Source: a virus
DNA length: 64,000 bases
IMG/VR virus record: IMGVR_UViG_640753022_000005
Location: 874-64,873 of that record
Direction: 5' to 3' (one strand)
Shown: positions 55,188-64,000 of the stretch, piece after piece
Layout of the letters: each line of letters begins with the position of its first letter
How positions within the stretch are numbered: position 1 is the first letter of the stretch
Notes under the pieces: model-generated
The model's database searches: none
Seen by the model: only the letters and a program-made list of their open reading frames with translations
What the model was told of the DNA's origin: nothing
Program-made: the position numbers and the translations under genes

Positions 55188-55433
55188 ATGGCTAAGCAAG
55201 TCCAGTTATCAGGTAAGTGCACGTTAAAGATTGACACTATTGTTGGAAGTTCAACGATTAACATTCCTAAGGAAAATCTTGCTGGTGAAAACAATGCTGA
55301 TGCATTAATCAGAAACGTCATTCACTTCGGTGTTATGCGTCACGGTAAGGCTGCGTTAAGGAAATTGATTGAAGAGAAGCTCGCTGATTATGGCGACGAA
55401 TATGAAAGCAAAGGGCTTAGTTACGATGAATAA
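55188..55433 (+). CDS. Hypothetical protein
   Basis: Strong RBS, own terminator. Confidence 0.65.
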   Translation: MAKQVQLSGKCTLKIDTIVGSSTINIPKENLAGENNADALIRNVIHFGVMRHGKAALRKLIEEKLADYGDEYESKGLSYDE

Positions 55434-55482
55434 GGCCGCATAGTCGGCCTTTCTTTTTGGCAGCAAGCCACAGAGGTGAGAT

Positions 55483-55737
55483 ATGAGCATTGAACAAATG
55501 AGGGTTGTTTGTGAGGGGGCTAAGGCTCTTGGAATGAAGCTGGTTGGAGATAACTTCATTGGCTACAAGTTCTGCGACGGACAGGAGAATTTGCGTGATG
55601 CGGCTAATGAATTGCTTCAGTCATTTTTTCCCAGGGAATTGCTTCAGGACGATGAGCACGAATACACGCAGCGCGTTTTTTTCTTAGGAACTATCCGTGA
55701 CGAAGATTACAGCCATGCGAGATGGGAAAAGGCTTAA
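55483..55737 (+). CDS. Hypothetical protein
   Basis: Strong RBS. Confidence 0.65.
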   Translation: MSIEQMRVVCEGAKALGMKLVGDNFIGYKFCDGQENLRDAANELLQSFFPRELLQDDEHEYTQRVFFLGTIRDEDYSHARWEKA

Positions 55738-55780
55738 AAACGCACTTGCCAGGCAGCAAGCCACTTATTTGAGGTGAGAT

Positions 55781-56122
55781 ATGAAATTCAAAGGTACGCC
55801 GGGGCCGTGGGAAGTAATGAACGCAACGGATGTGTTCACACAGCAAGGGTCTGCAAACGGAAGTGGTGTTGTCTGTGATAACGACGATGGATGGCAGGTT
55901 GCTGGATGCTTCAATGGGGAAACCTTTGTCCAGGGTGAGTTGGTAACACTCTCCCTTTCTGAAAAGGAAGCTAACGCCCGTCTGATAGCTGCGGCACCTG
56001 AACTTCTCGATGTCCTCCAGTTGATCCTCCTCTATCACGAAGACGGCAATTGTCAGCTTCACAAAGAAGACGTTGCGCTGGCCCGCGCAGCAATAGCTAA
56101 AGCCATCGGCGAGGAGGAGTGA
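55781..56122 (+). CDS. Conserved phage protein (TPGPW..NARLIAAAPELL family)
   Basis: Recognisable motif pair. Confidence 0.7.
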   Translation: MKFKGTPGPWEVMNATDVFTQQGSANGSGVVCDNDDGWQVAGCFNGETFVQGELVTLSLSEKEANARLIAAAPELLDVLQLILLYHEDGNCQLHKEDVALARAAIAKAIGEEE

Positions 56123-56365
56123 ATGGATAAATACAGCGATTTGGACGCATTGATTTTGAACTCAATCGGAGCAGCACCGAAGACCTTTTCTGATATTTAC
56201 TACGGCGTTGATAGAGATCAGAAGGATGTGCGTAAAGCCTGCATCGAGTTGGCTGGAAAAGATGGCGCCCCTACCCGCGTTTTAGACCGGCGTCTACAGG
56301 CTCTCAGGAAGAAAGGGTTAATCGTGTTCATGAAGGGATGGCGCAAAGTGCCGGTGGATGAATAG
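56123..56365 (+). CDS. Hypothetical winged-helix-like protein
   Basis: VLDRRLQALRKKGLI motif. Confidence 0.6.
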   Translation: MDKYSDLDALILNSIGAAPKTFSDIYYGVDRDQKDVRKACIELAGKDGAPTRVLDRRLQALRKKGLIVFMKGWRKVPVDE

Positions 56366-56426
56366 CAGCCGATAGCCGATTCATGGAGTCGGTTATCTGA
56401 TGCAATCAGCATAACAGGAGATATCA

Positions 56427-56552
56427 ATGGAAATAAGCAAAGAGCAAGCGACAGAGATAATCAAGCTTATCGAACAGGCTTTTCTCGACGGGTTTGATGA
56501 TGAAACTCTGGTTGAGCTGCATGAGCAGTTAACTGAATTCGTCAGCGAATAA
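56427..56552 (+). CDS. 41-aa very acidic peptide
   Basis: Manual translation MEISKEQATEIIKLIEQAFLDGFDDETLVELHEQLTEFVSE; AGGAG RBS. Confidence 0.6.
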   Translation: MEISKEQATEIIKLIEQAFLDGFDDETLVELHEQLTEFVSE

Positions 56553-56759
56553 GCCCTATAGCTGATTTACGAGTCAGCTATGTGAGCAATATCGCTCATA
56601 ACCAAGACAGGAGACGAAGACCTGTCCTGGTTAAATGGAGAAATAACCCTTGTTGTCTGTTCGCCCTCTCCGGAGGGCTTTTTTTCGCCTGCATATCAAC
56701 AAGGCTGCTTATTAGCGCGGCCTTTTCGCTATGCCCACTTAACCGTAAGGAATCCCACC

Positions 56760-56891
56760 ATGATGCAATTATCGCTATCGGGTGGCGGCATCATGTCCGC
56801 CTATTACCCGACCGAATCCGAATTATCCAAACGCTTTCGCCGCCTTATCCGTGCGGCTCGCAAACAACTGGAGGCGTTATGCCAGATGTAA
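56760..56891 (+). CDS. cIII: CIII (HK022-type)
   Basis: MMQLSLSGGGIMSAYYPTESELSKRFRRLIRAARKQLEALCQM. Confidence 0.75.
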   Translation: MMQLSLSGGGIMSAYYPTESELSKRFRRLIRAARKQLEALCQM

Positions 56892-57025
56892 ATCACAGCG
56901 CTTTGCGGGCAGCTCAGAGCAAAGCGGTTATCGCGCGCTTCCTCGGTGACGCCGGGATGTGGTTACAGGCCAATCAGCAGATGAAGCAGGCAGTGAGCAT
57001 GCCCTGGTACCGGAGGCCGCAATGA
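56879..57025 (+). CDS. kil: Kil cell-division inhibitor peptide
   Basis: LRAAQSKAVIARFLGD..PWYRR; overlaps the cIII end. Confidence 0.7.
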   Translation: MPDVNHSALRAAQSKAVIARFLGDAGMWLQANQQMKQAVSMPWYRRPQ

Positions 57026-57112
57026 AATTTAACTTTCGCGATATGACCGACGAGCAATTCGCCCGCCTTTGCCGCGATATCTTCCCTTCACCTGATAAGC
57101 AGGAGTCCGAAC

Positions 57113-57298
57113 ATGACAACCAATCCTCCCCGTCTCGCGTCGACGATTGCGATCAGCAAGATATGGCGTGAAGCATATATCAAGATGGCGCTCGAATACC
57201 GCAGAGCTGGCGACCGCAGGGAGAAAAAACTAGCTCTGCTAGCGGCTCAACTTGAGCGCATGAACGTTCGTGAATTACTCGGCCCTGCGCCGTTCTGA
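57113..57298 (+). CDS. Hypothetical protein
   Basis: 61 aa upstream of erf. Confidence 0.55.
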   Translation: MTTNPPRLASTIAISKIWREAYIKMALEYRRAGDRREKKLALLAAQLERMNVRELLGPAPF

Positions 57299-57305
57299 GG
57301 TTTAT

Positions 57306-57917
57306 ATGAGCAAAGAGTTTTATGCGCGCCTGGCAAAAATACAGGCCCACCTTAACGCGCCGAAAAACCAGTACAACTCATTCGGCAAATACAAATACCG
57401 CAGTTGCGAGGACATTCTGGAAGGTGTTAAGCCGCTTCTGGATGGGCTGTTTCTCTCAATAAGCGATGAAATCGTGCTTATTGGTGATCGCCATTACGTG
57501 AAGGCCGTGGCAACCATTACTGATGGCGAGAGCAGCCACACCGCCACTGCAATGGCCCGCGAGGAGGAAAGCAAAAAAGGAATGGATGCAGCGCAGGTTA
57601 CCGGTGCGACAAGTTCATATGCTCGCAAGTACTGTCTGAATGGACTCTTTGGCATTGATGACGCAAAGGATGCGGATACTGACGAGCATAAACAGCAGCA
57701 AAGCAGTCAGGCAAGCAGCTTCCCTGCCAAAAAGCCTGCTTCTCCTGAGCAAATCTTAAAGGCATTTACTGAGGCTGCGTCTACAAAAAATAGCGTCGCA
57801 GAGCTTAAGGGCGCTTTCGCTAAGGCGTGGAAGATGCTGGAAGGTACGCCTGAGCAGCAAAAGGCTCAGGACATTTACAACATTCGCAAAGATGAACTTG
57901 AAGGGATAGAAGCGTAA
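57306..57917 (+). CDS. erf: ERF-family ssDNA annealing protein
   Basis: APKNQYNSFGKYKYRSCEDIL, QVTGATSSYARKY, DDAKDAD. Confidence 0.9.
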   Translation: MSKEFYARLAKIQAHLNAPKNQYNSFGKYKYRSCEDILEGVKPLLDGLFLSISDEIVLIGDRHYVKAVATITDGESSHTATAMAREEESKKGMDAAQVTGATSSYARKYCLNGLFGIDDAKDADTDEHKQQQSSQASSFPAKKPASPEQILKAFTEAASTKNSVAELKGAFAKAWKMLEGTPEQQKAQDIYNIRKDELEGIEA

Positions 57918-58294
57918 TGGCGCACTCAATAACAGTAAAACTCAACAAGCCAGCCAGGGAGTTTCAGGCAGGCGAAAGCATCGGATTCAATGTCCGCGCA
58001 GGCGTTCAGTATTACGACAGGCAGTCCAAGAAAAAGGAGTGGACGAACTATAGCGCCGCTGTGTTTGCCAGGCCGGGTCCGCAAGCTGATTACTACCGCA
58101 GCGTGTTGGTTGAAGGCTCTATCGTAGAGTTAACTGGCGACAGCATTAAGGTGGATGTTTACCAGGGAAACAACGGGCAAACCAACACTCTTGAGCTGCA
58201 GAATGCAAAGATTGGCTTTGTTTCGTCAGGCCAGCAGCAGTCATCGCAAGCAACCTCCGGCGCAGAACAGTTCGACGATTCAATCCCCTTCTGA
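57917..58294 (+). CDS. ssb: Single-stranded DNA-binding protein
   Basis: OB-fold-like; C-terminal FDDSIPF. Confidence 0.8.
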   Translation: MAHSITVKLNKPAREFQAGESIGFNVRAGVQYYDRQSKKKEWTNYSAAVFARPGPQADYYRSVLVEGSIVELTGDSIKVDVYQGNNGQTNTLELQNAKIGFVSSGQQQSSQATSGAEQFDDSIPF

Positions 58295-58317
58295 TTTAAC
58301 CCAATAAGGCCATCAAT

Positions 58318-58623
58318 ATGTCATCACCTCTTCCCGGGGCGGGATACGCACGCCCGCCAAAACGATCCGGCACCAAAGAAGAGGTGCTGGCGCGCATTAA
58401 AGCACACCTGCAAGAGACGCTGGGAAAGCAGTACGAAACCGAGAGCAAGGAAGCTCGCATGACACGCCATGCTGACGCGCTGGCTGACCGGCAGCTGTGG
58501 GACGACAACCTTGCGGCATCGTTCATGCCCGGATTCGTCACTACAGGCCCGCGCCGCCCTGAAGAAACAGATAACCGTATGCGCCGCTTCCTCGGTCGCT
58601 ACGGTCACGTTCGTATCGATTAA
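58318..58623 (+). CDS. Abc2-like anti-RecBCD protein
   Basis: MSSPLPGA..EVL..QET..RMRRFLGRYG resembles P22 Abc2; position after erf/ssb. Confidence 0.55.
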   Translation: MSSPLPGAGYARPPKRSGTKEEVLARIKAHLQETLGKQYETESKEARMTRHADALADRQLWDDNLAASFMPGFVTTGPRRPEETDNRMRRFLGRYGHVRID

Positions 58624-58633
58624 GGAGTTAACC

Positions 58634-58795
58634 ATGTCCAGAGACCAGGCAAATTATTTAACCGTCACGGTCGGCGGTAAGTCTGACCGCAAGCACACTC
58701 CGATGCCGAGCCGCGAAGAACTCATGAAGCGCAATAGCTTCGGCTCTGTGAATAACAACAAATACCTCAACCGCTGGCTGGGAGCGAAGAAATGA
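58634..58795 (+). CDS. DUF2737-like protein
   Basis: PSREELMKRNSFGSVNNN. Confidence 0.6.
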   Translation: MSRDQANYLTVTVGGKSDRKHTPMPSREELMKRNSFGSVNNNKYLNRWLGAKK

Positions 58796-59304
58796 ACAAC
58801 GACGAATTAATCGCAGCCGGCCACGGGCTGGCGAAGTGCCTCGACAGTGAGCCGCTGCTGGATATCGCGAAGATGATTGTCCGCCTGGCTGATAAGCTCG
58901 ACGTTACCACAGCGGCGCTGCGGGAGCGGGCGGAGCCTGTTGAGCCGATCTGGAGAGCAGCAAAATATCCGGTCTCTCGCCCAGTGCCCGGTGCAAAACT
59001 CATTGTATGGGATGAAGCGGGTAAGTTTATCGGTTACGGCTCCGCGGTGGATACGCGGGAATCAGGTGTAGCAATACAGATGTGTGATGGTCGTCGTCTT
59101 GATTCAAACCACGATCTTCGTTGGCAGTACGCGCTTCAACCCGCGCCGCCCGCGCCGGTTGTGCCTGTTGAAACCTTTGAAGAATGGTCGCGTCGATGCG
59201 AAATCCAACTCACGTTGTGCCGCCCTGAATTCCGTGAAGTTGCCGAGATAACCTGGAACGCCTGCCGCGCCGCCATGCTCGCAGCGCCGGGCAAGGATGG
59301 GTGA
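58792..59304 (+). CDS. Mosaic Ea-region hypothetical protein
   Basis: IAKMIVRLADKLD; WNACRAAML motif. Confidence 0.6.
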   Translation: MNNDELIAAGHGLAKCLDSEPLLDIAKMIVRLADKLDVTTAALRERAEPVEPIWRAAKYPVSRPVPGAKLIVWDEAGKFIGYGSAVDTRESGVAIQMCDGRRLDSNHDLRWQYALQPAPPAPVVPVETFEEWSRRCEIQLTLCRPEFREVAEITWNACRAAMLAAPGKDG

Positions 59305-59492
59305 TGATGGGTGAGTGGCTTTTAATTTTAACTCTCATTGGCCCTACGGGGGTTTCTATTCAGAAGGCAAACTTTGCAACTGAGGAGGCGTGTTTAAAGG
59401 CTGCCAAGGCATGGAATGATGATGTCAAAAAAATAACTCGTGACACCTATCAAACTTGCGTTAAGACTTCAGGAGTTGGAAGTAATGGCTAA
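59301..59492 (+). CDS. Hypothetical protein
   Basis: 63 aa, hydrophobic N-terminus. Confidence 0.55.
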   Translation: MMMGEWLLILTLIGPTGVSIQKANFATEEACLKAAKAWNDDVKKITRDTYQTCVKTSGVGSNG

Positions 59493-59603
59493 ATCCGCAG
59501 CAGAGCGCAAAGCAGCTCTTACACAACATTTTCAATTCTCTGCTGCATAAATGACCTTCCCACTGTTTATCATACCCTCTCAAACAGCGAGGAGTTCATT
59601 AAT

Positions 59604-59777
59604 ATGATTTGTCCAAAATGTGGTTCTACTGCAATTTCCAAAGAGACAACAATGCGTGGCTGGTCTGGAGATTATGTTTGCGTTCCGTGTGGTTACAACG
59701 ATGCAAAATCTGCTTTCGAGAAGGGGCAGGAAAAGACCAGCAAGCCTGTTAAATGGACACTTAAAGAAAAGCGGTAA
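59604..59777 (+). CDS. 57-aa zinc-ribbon protein (not in ORF track)
   Basis: MICPKCGST..YVCVPCGY; GAGGAG RBS. Confidence 0.7.
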   Translation: MICPKCGSTAISKETTMRGWSGDYVCVPCGYNDAKSAFEKGQEKTSKPVKWTLKEKR

Positions 59778-59786
59778 GGCCACGAA

Positions 59787-59827
59787 TTGACAGCCCGCCA
59801 ACCTCAATTTACTGTATATAAATACAG
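59787..59827 (+). promoter_or_regulatory. LexA-controlled sigma70 promoter
   Basis: TTGACA-17bp-TACTGT with SOS box CTGTATATAAATACAG (59812-59827) over the -10. Confidence 0.85.
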
Positions 59828-59844
59828 TTATTTTGGGGTGCGTC

Positions 59845-60099
59845 ATGAGCAAAGACTCGGACTATCTGATTATTTACAGGGGCGAGATACATCACAGAAT
59901 TACGCCCGGTCGCTGGGTGCTCATTCAGCGCGCAAAGGAGTACGGCGGCGGGTGGTGGCTGGGGAAGGCCTACGACGATGTGTTTATGCTGGAGTTCGAG
60001 AAGCCATGCTCTATGGCTGCGGCATCAGAGTACATCATGTCGCACAGGCGGATGAGCACATTCCCGCCGTGGGATGACGATTTTGAGTTAACACCATGA
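59845..60099 (+). CDS. SOS-inducible hypothetical protein
   Basis: Between the LexA promoter and its own terminator (ACCCGC-TTCG-GCGGGT-TTTT at ~60100-60120). Confidence 0.7.
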   Translation: MSKDSDYLIIYRGEIHHRITPGRWVLIQRAKEYGGGWWLGKAYDDVFMLEFEKPCSMAAASEYIMSHRRMSTFPPWDDDFELTP

Positions 60100-60133
60100 C
60101 CCGCTTCGGCGGGTTTTTTATTGGAGCAAAGAT

Positions 60134-60766
60134 ATGAAGCTGATTGATTTACTGGTGCAGGAATTGCCGAAGCATGGCGGGTGGCCTCTTGATAAAAAGC
60201 ACCATGCTTTTATTTCACAGGACAGCGATGGAGAGGTGTGGGCATTTCCTTCAAAGCCAAACCTGAATATTATGAAAGAGGAGTGGAACATTTCTCACGG
60301 TGATGGTTGCTATGTGGGGCTTTTAACAACCATTGCAGATGATTTCACGACCTCCACTGTCACACGCGAACAGTACGAAGCTGAGCTCGCCGCTGAGCAG
60401 CAGCCGGTATTGGATGATGATGGATTGCCACCGGTGGGCTGTGAGTGTGAGGCAAAGTACCGTGACGCAGCGAATGCCGAATGGTTTTTCTTCCGTTGCG
60501 TCGGGGTAGATTGCGGAGTTGCTTTCGGATGGGCTGGTAAAGAAGCAGTGACGCTGGGCAAAGGCAGCTACGAATTCCGCCCCATCCGCTCAGAAGCTGA
60601 CAGGAAGAGAGAAATTGGTGTAATTGCGCTCGCAACAGCCTGTGGGGATGTAGTGCCATTTAAATACGGCGACAGATACCAAGGTGGTGAGCTTGTTGGC
60701 GCAGCATGGTATGAGCTGTACGACAAAATAGCAGCTGGTGAAGTCGCTGGCATCCGCATCGAATGA
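60134..60766 (+). CDS. Hypothetical phage protein
   Basis: 210 aa, RBS; terminator hairpin after the stop. Confidence 0.65.
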   Translation: MKLIDLLVQELPKHGGWPLDKKHHAFISQDSDGEVWAFPSKPNLNIMKEEWNISHGDGCYVGLLTTIADDFTTSTVTREQYEAELAAEQQPVLDDDGLPPVGCECEAKYRDAANAEWFFFRCVGVDCGVAFGWAGKEAVTLGKGSYEFRPIRSEADRKREIGVIALATACGDVVPFKYGDRYQGGELVGAAWYELYDKIAAGEVAGIRIE

Positions 60767-60806
60767 GCCGCCTGATGGCGGCTTTTTTACGCCTGGAGAT
60801 AATCGA

Positions 60807-61160
60807 ATGAGCTATTGCCGATTTAGTTCAGACAACTGGCGCAGCGATGTCTACTGTTATGAATCTGCTCAGGGTTATATAACTCATGTGGCTTCATCAA
60901 GAATTATCGGTGACGTTCCAGCAATTCCATTCTTCTTTGATGTACCTCCTGCAGATTTCTTTGAAGCGGTTCGTAAGCAAAACGAGTTCATAGAATCAGC
61001 AGAGCGCGAGCCTATCGGTCTGGATCATGATGGGGATATGTTCATTGATAAAACTCCCGATGAAATGATTGACAGACTTATCTATTTGTCTGGTAAGGGG
61101 TACTTCGTTCCTGTCAGCGCAATTGAATCTCTATCAGAAGAGATAAAGGAAGGTGCATGA
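60807..61160 (+). CDS. Hypothetical protein
   Basis: GGAG RBS before MSYCRFSS; ATGA overlap with xis. Confidence 0.65.
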   Translation: MSYCRFSSDNWRSDVYCYESAQGYITHVASSRIIGDVPAIPFFFDVPPADFFEAVRKQNEFIESAEREPIGLDHDGDMFIDKTPDEMIDRLIYLSGKGYFVPVSAIESLSEEIKEGA

Positions 61161-61510
61161 TGGAACAATACAGCCTCACGCTAGATGAGGCCTGCGCCAT
61201 GCTCGGCATATCCAGACCCACGGCCACAAACTGGATAAAGTCAGGAAGACTACAGGCCACCCGCAAAGACCCATCAAAACCAAAATCCCCCTACCTCACC
61301 ACTCGCCAGGCGTGCATTGCAGCCCTCAAATCTCCGCTGCATACTGTCGCCGTGAGCGCGGGTGATGGCATACGAGAGGAATTGATATGTCACTCTTCCG
61401 CAGAGGTGAGACCTGGTACGCCAGTTTCACATTGCCGGACGGCAAAAGATTTAAGCAGTCTCTTGGGACAAAGGACAAAAGGCAGGCCACGGAACTCCAT
61501 GACAAGCTGA
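61157..61510 (+). CDS. xis: Excisionase (P22 Xis-like)
   Basis: [29 protein letters not shown]; overlaps the int start. Confidence 0.85.
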   Translation: MMEQYSLTLDEACAMLGISRPTATNWIKSGRLQATRKDPSKPKSPYLTTRQACIAALKSPLHTVAVSAGDGIREELICHSSAEVRPGTPVSHCRTAKDLSSLLGQRTKGRPRNSMTS

Positions 61511-62550
61511 AAGCCGAAGCCTGGCGAGTAAGCAAGCTGGGCGAGACTCCGGACATGACATTCGAGGAAGCGTGTGTCAGGTGGCTTGAGGAGAAGGCGC
61601 ATAAGAAGTCACTGGATGATGACAAAAGTCGGATCGGATTCTGGCTACAACACTTTGCAGGGATGCAGATGAAGGACATCACTGAGACGCGAATCTATAA
61701 CGCGATTCAGAAGATGACCAACCGGCGGCACGAGGAAAACTGGAAGCTCAGGGAAGAGGCGCTGAGGAAGAAAGGTAAGCCAGTTCCGCCATATGTGCCA
61801 CGACCGGCAGCGACAGCCACAAAGGCCACTCACCTTTCATTCATCAAAGCGTTGTTACGCGCCGCTGAGCGTGAATGGAAGATGCTGGACAAAGCGCCGA
61901 TTGTGAAAGTACCGCAGCCGAAGAACAAACGCATTCGATGGCTGGAGCCTCATGAGGCGAAAAGGCTGATTGATGAATGCCCGGATCCGCTTAAGTCCGT
62001 TGTCGAGTTTGCGCTGGCGACGGGACTACGGCGGTCGAACATCATCAATCTGGAATGGCAGCAGATAGACATGCAGCGCCGGGTGGCGTGGATACACCCA
62101 GAGCAGAGCAAATCAAATCAGGCCATTGGCGTGGCGCTGAATGATACTGCATGTCGCGTGCTGAAAAGGCAAATAGGCAATCACCACAAGTGGGTGTTCG
62201 TCTACAAGGAAAGCTGCACCCGGCCTGATGGGACTAAAGCGCCGACAGTGAGGAAGATGCGGTATGACGCAAACACAGCCTGGAGGGCTGCGCTTAAACG
62301 TGCTGGCATTGAGGATTTCCGCTTCCATGACCTGAGACATACCTGGGCGAGCTGGTTAGTTCAGGCGGGCGTCCCGATTTCGGTTCTTCAGGAGATGGGA
62401 GGCTGGGAGTCAATAGAAATGGTTCGCCGGTATGCACACCTGGCACCTAATCACCTGACCGAGCATGCGAAGCAAATCGACTCGATTTTTGGTGATTGCG
62501 TCCCAAATCTGTCCCACACGGAAAAAAAGGAGGTGATGAACGGTAGATAA
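61387..62550 (+). CDS. int: Tyrosine integrase (P22 Int-like)
   Basis: [28 protein letters not shown]; reads toward att. Confidence 0.95.
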   Translation: MSLFRRGETWYASFTLPDGKRFKQSLGTKDKRQATELHDKLKAEAWRVSKLGETPDMTFEEACVRWLEEKAHKKSLDDDKSRIGFWLQHFAGMQMKDITETRIYNAIQKMTNRRHEENWKLREEALRKKGKPVPPYVPRPAATATKATHLSFIKALLRAAEREWKMLDKAPIVKVPQPKNKRIRWLEPHEAKRLIDECPDPLKSVVEFALATGLRRSNIINLEWQQIDMQRRVAWIHPEQSKSNQAIGVALNDTACRVLKRQIGNHHKWVFVYKESCTRPDGTKAPTVRKMRYDANTAWRAALKRAGIEDFRFHDLRHTWASWLVQAGVPISVLQEMGGWESIEMVRRYAHLAPNHLTEHAKQIDSIFGDCVPNLSHTEKKEVMNGR

Positions 62551-62564
62551 GTGATTGATTTAAC

Positions 62565-62640
62565 TGGTGCCGATAATAGGAGTCGAACCTACGACCTTCG
62601 CATTACGAATGCGCTGCTCTACCAACTGAGCTATATCGGC
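62565..62640 (-). tRNA. thrW: tRNA-Thr (CGT)
   Basis: GCCGATATAGCTCAGTTGGTAGAGCAGCGCATTCGTAATGCGAAGGTCGTAGGTTCGACTCCTATTATCGGCACCA, 76 nt. Confidence 0.98.
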
Positions 62641-62748
62641 CCTGAGGAAGGGTGTGCGTGAGCACGGGGTAAGAGGTTATGAAAAAGTGGGTGATGCGTC
62701 AATGCCCTTGCGATTCAAGCGGCGATTTTTGCATCACCCGGCCCTCCG

Positions 62749-64000
62749 TTAAGCACGAATCGTATCGTCGCCGTAGCCGATCCACTTGTAGGTGGTCAGC
62801 GCTTCGAGGCCCATCGGGCCGCGGGCGTGAAGTTTCTGCGTGCTGACAGCCACTTCGGCACCCAGGCCAAACTGCCCGCCGTCGGTAAAGCGCGTCGAGG
62901 CGTTCACGTACACCGCGGACGAATCCACTTCATTCACGAAACGGTCGGCGTGGCGCAGCGTGCGGGTGAGAATGGCGTCCGAATGCTGGGTGCCGTGCTC
63001 GCGAATATGCGCGATGGCCTCGTCGATACCCGCCACCAGCTTCACGTTAAGATCGAGCGACAGCCATTCGTCGTCGAATGCTTCCGGCTTCACTGCCACA
63101 GCGGTCGCCGGGCCGCCGGAAAGCAGCGCCAGCGCGCGCGCATCGGCGTGCAGCGTCACGCCGCGTTCATGCATCGCGCGGCTCAGTTCCGGCAGGAAAC
63201 GTTCTGCAATAGCCTCATGCACCAGCAGCGTCTCCACCGTGTTACAGGTGCTCGGGCGCTGAGTTTTGGCATTGGTGATGATGTTGAGCGCAGGCGCGAA
63301 CTCCGCCGTTTCATCAACGAAAATATGGCACACGCCGATGCCGCCGGTGATAACCGGAATGGTCGACTGCTCGCGGCAGAGCTTGTGCAGCCCTGCCCCG
63401 CCACGCGGGATGAGCATGTCGATGTATTTGTCCATGCGCAGCATTTCACTGACCAGCGCACGGTCCGGGCTTTCGATGGCCTGAACGGCAGCGGCGGGCA
63501 GGCCGCACTCTTCCAGCGCTTTCTGGATAACTTTGACGGTCGCCGCATTGGTGCGCCAGGTCTCTTTGCCGCCTCTGAGAATCGCCGCGTTGCCGGTTTT
63601 CAGGCACAGCGAGGCGACATCCACCGTCACGTTCGGGCGCGCTTCATAAATCACGCCGACCACGCCGAGCGGCACGCGGCGACGCTCGATGCGCAGGCCG
63701 CTCTCCAGCAGACCGCCGTCAATCACCTGCCCTACCGGATCGGCCAGCTGACACACCTGGCGCACGTCGTTCGCAATGGCGTGTAAACGTTGCGGGTTGA
63801 GCGCCAGGCGGTCTAACAGCGCCTCGCTCAGCCCGCTGCGGCGCGCCTCCAGCAGATCCTGCTCGTTGGCGAGTAAAATCTCTTCGGCGTTCGCTTCTAA
63901 ATAGTCGGCGATTTTCTCCAGCACGCGGTTTTTCTCGCGCGAGGAGAGCAGCGCCATCTGATATGAGGCGGCTTTGGCCGCCTGGCCCATCTGCTCCAGC
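62749..64000 (-). CDS. proA: Gamma-glutamyl phosphate reductase (start codon just outside the window)
   Basis: [44 protein letters not shown]. Confidence 0.97.
   Translation of the reverse strand, partial: LEQMGQAAKAASYQMALLSSREKNRVLEKIADYLEANAEEILLANEQDLLEARRSGLSEALLDRLALNPQRLHAIANDVRQVCQLADPVGQVIDGGLLESGLRIERRRVPLGVVGVIYEARPNVTVDVASLCLKTGNAAILRGGKETWRTNAATVKVIQKALEECGLPAAAVQAIESPDRALVSEMLRMDKYIDMLIPRGGAGLHKLCREQSTIPVITGGIGVCHIFVDETAEFAPALNIITNAKTQRPSTCNTVETLLVHEAIAERFLPELSRAMHERGVTLHADARALALLSGGPATAVAVKPEAFDDEWLSLDLNVKLVAGIDEAIAHIREHGTQHSDAILTRTLRHADRFVNEVDSSAVYVNASTRFTDGGQFGLGAEVAVSTQKLHARGPMGLEALTTYKWIGYGDDTIRA

Larger units (their letters stand above)
55178..55783 (+). repeat. Dispersed repeats heading successive early genes
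   Basis: GAGGTGAGATATG at 55178, 55473, 55771; GGCAGCAAGCCAC at 55459, 55752. Confidence 0.85.
13259..62610. mobile_element. Lambdoid siphovirus prophage (~49.3 kb), ES18-like morphogenesis with P22/lambda-like control region
   Basis: 46-bp direct repeats; complete int/xis, recombination, immunity, replication, nin, Q, lysis, head, tail and gtr modules. Confidence 0.95.

Noticed and set aside
59580-59852. 90-aa minus-strand ORF
   Set aside because: The plus-strand zinc-ribbon ORF with GAGGAG RBS and the LexA promoter explain this DNA better
62827-63786. 319-aa plus-strand ORF
   Set aside because: Antisense shadow of GC-rich proA

Overview
Enterobacteriaceae chromosome at the proA / tRNA-Thr(CGT) (thrW) integration hotspot, carrying stacked mobile elements. 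(1) 13259-62610 is an apparently intact ~49.3 kb lambdoid prophage bounded by a 46-bp direct repeat of the tRNA 3' half. It has P22/lambda-like early and control genes, an ES18-like headful-type siphovirus head-tail module, a tailspike and a gtrABC-type O-antigen conversion cassette. Its accessory cargo includes an AcrIE8-like/Aca5-like anti-CRISPR operon ending in a hairpin that resembles a type I-E CRISPR repeat, a Rap1a/Tai-like immunity moron, a membrane moron, a LexA-boxed orphan gene, and two soluble glycosyltransferase genes (three GT-A domains) inside the tail operon directly after the tail-tube gene. The glycosyltransferases are my lead candidate for an undescribed system (virion glycosylation). 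(2) 1267-13276 is a ~12 kb P4/PICI-like satellite (int, alpA, ash/C4-like RNA, DUF927 primase, iteron origin, Ogr/Delta). It unusually encodes its own P2/HP1-type major capsid protein with no recognisable sid/psu/portal/terminase, and carries a ShosTA (DprA + HAD-PRTase) defence pair. (3) 1-~1260 is the edge of a further AT-rich region with a stand-alone ParA-like ATPase preceded by a 7x8-bp tandem repeat. All family assignments come from motif recognition and gene order; no database searches were run.
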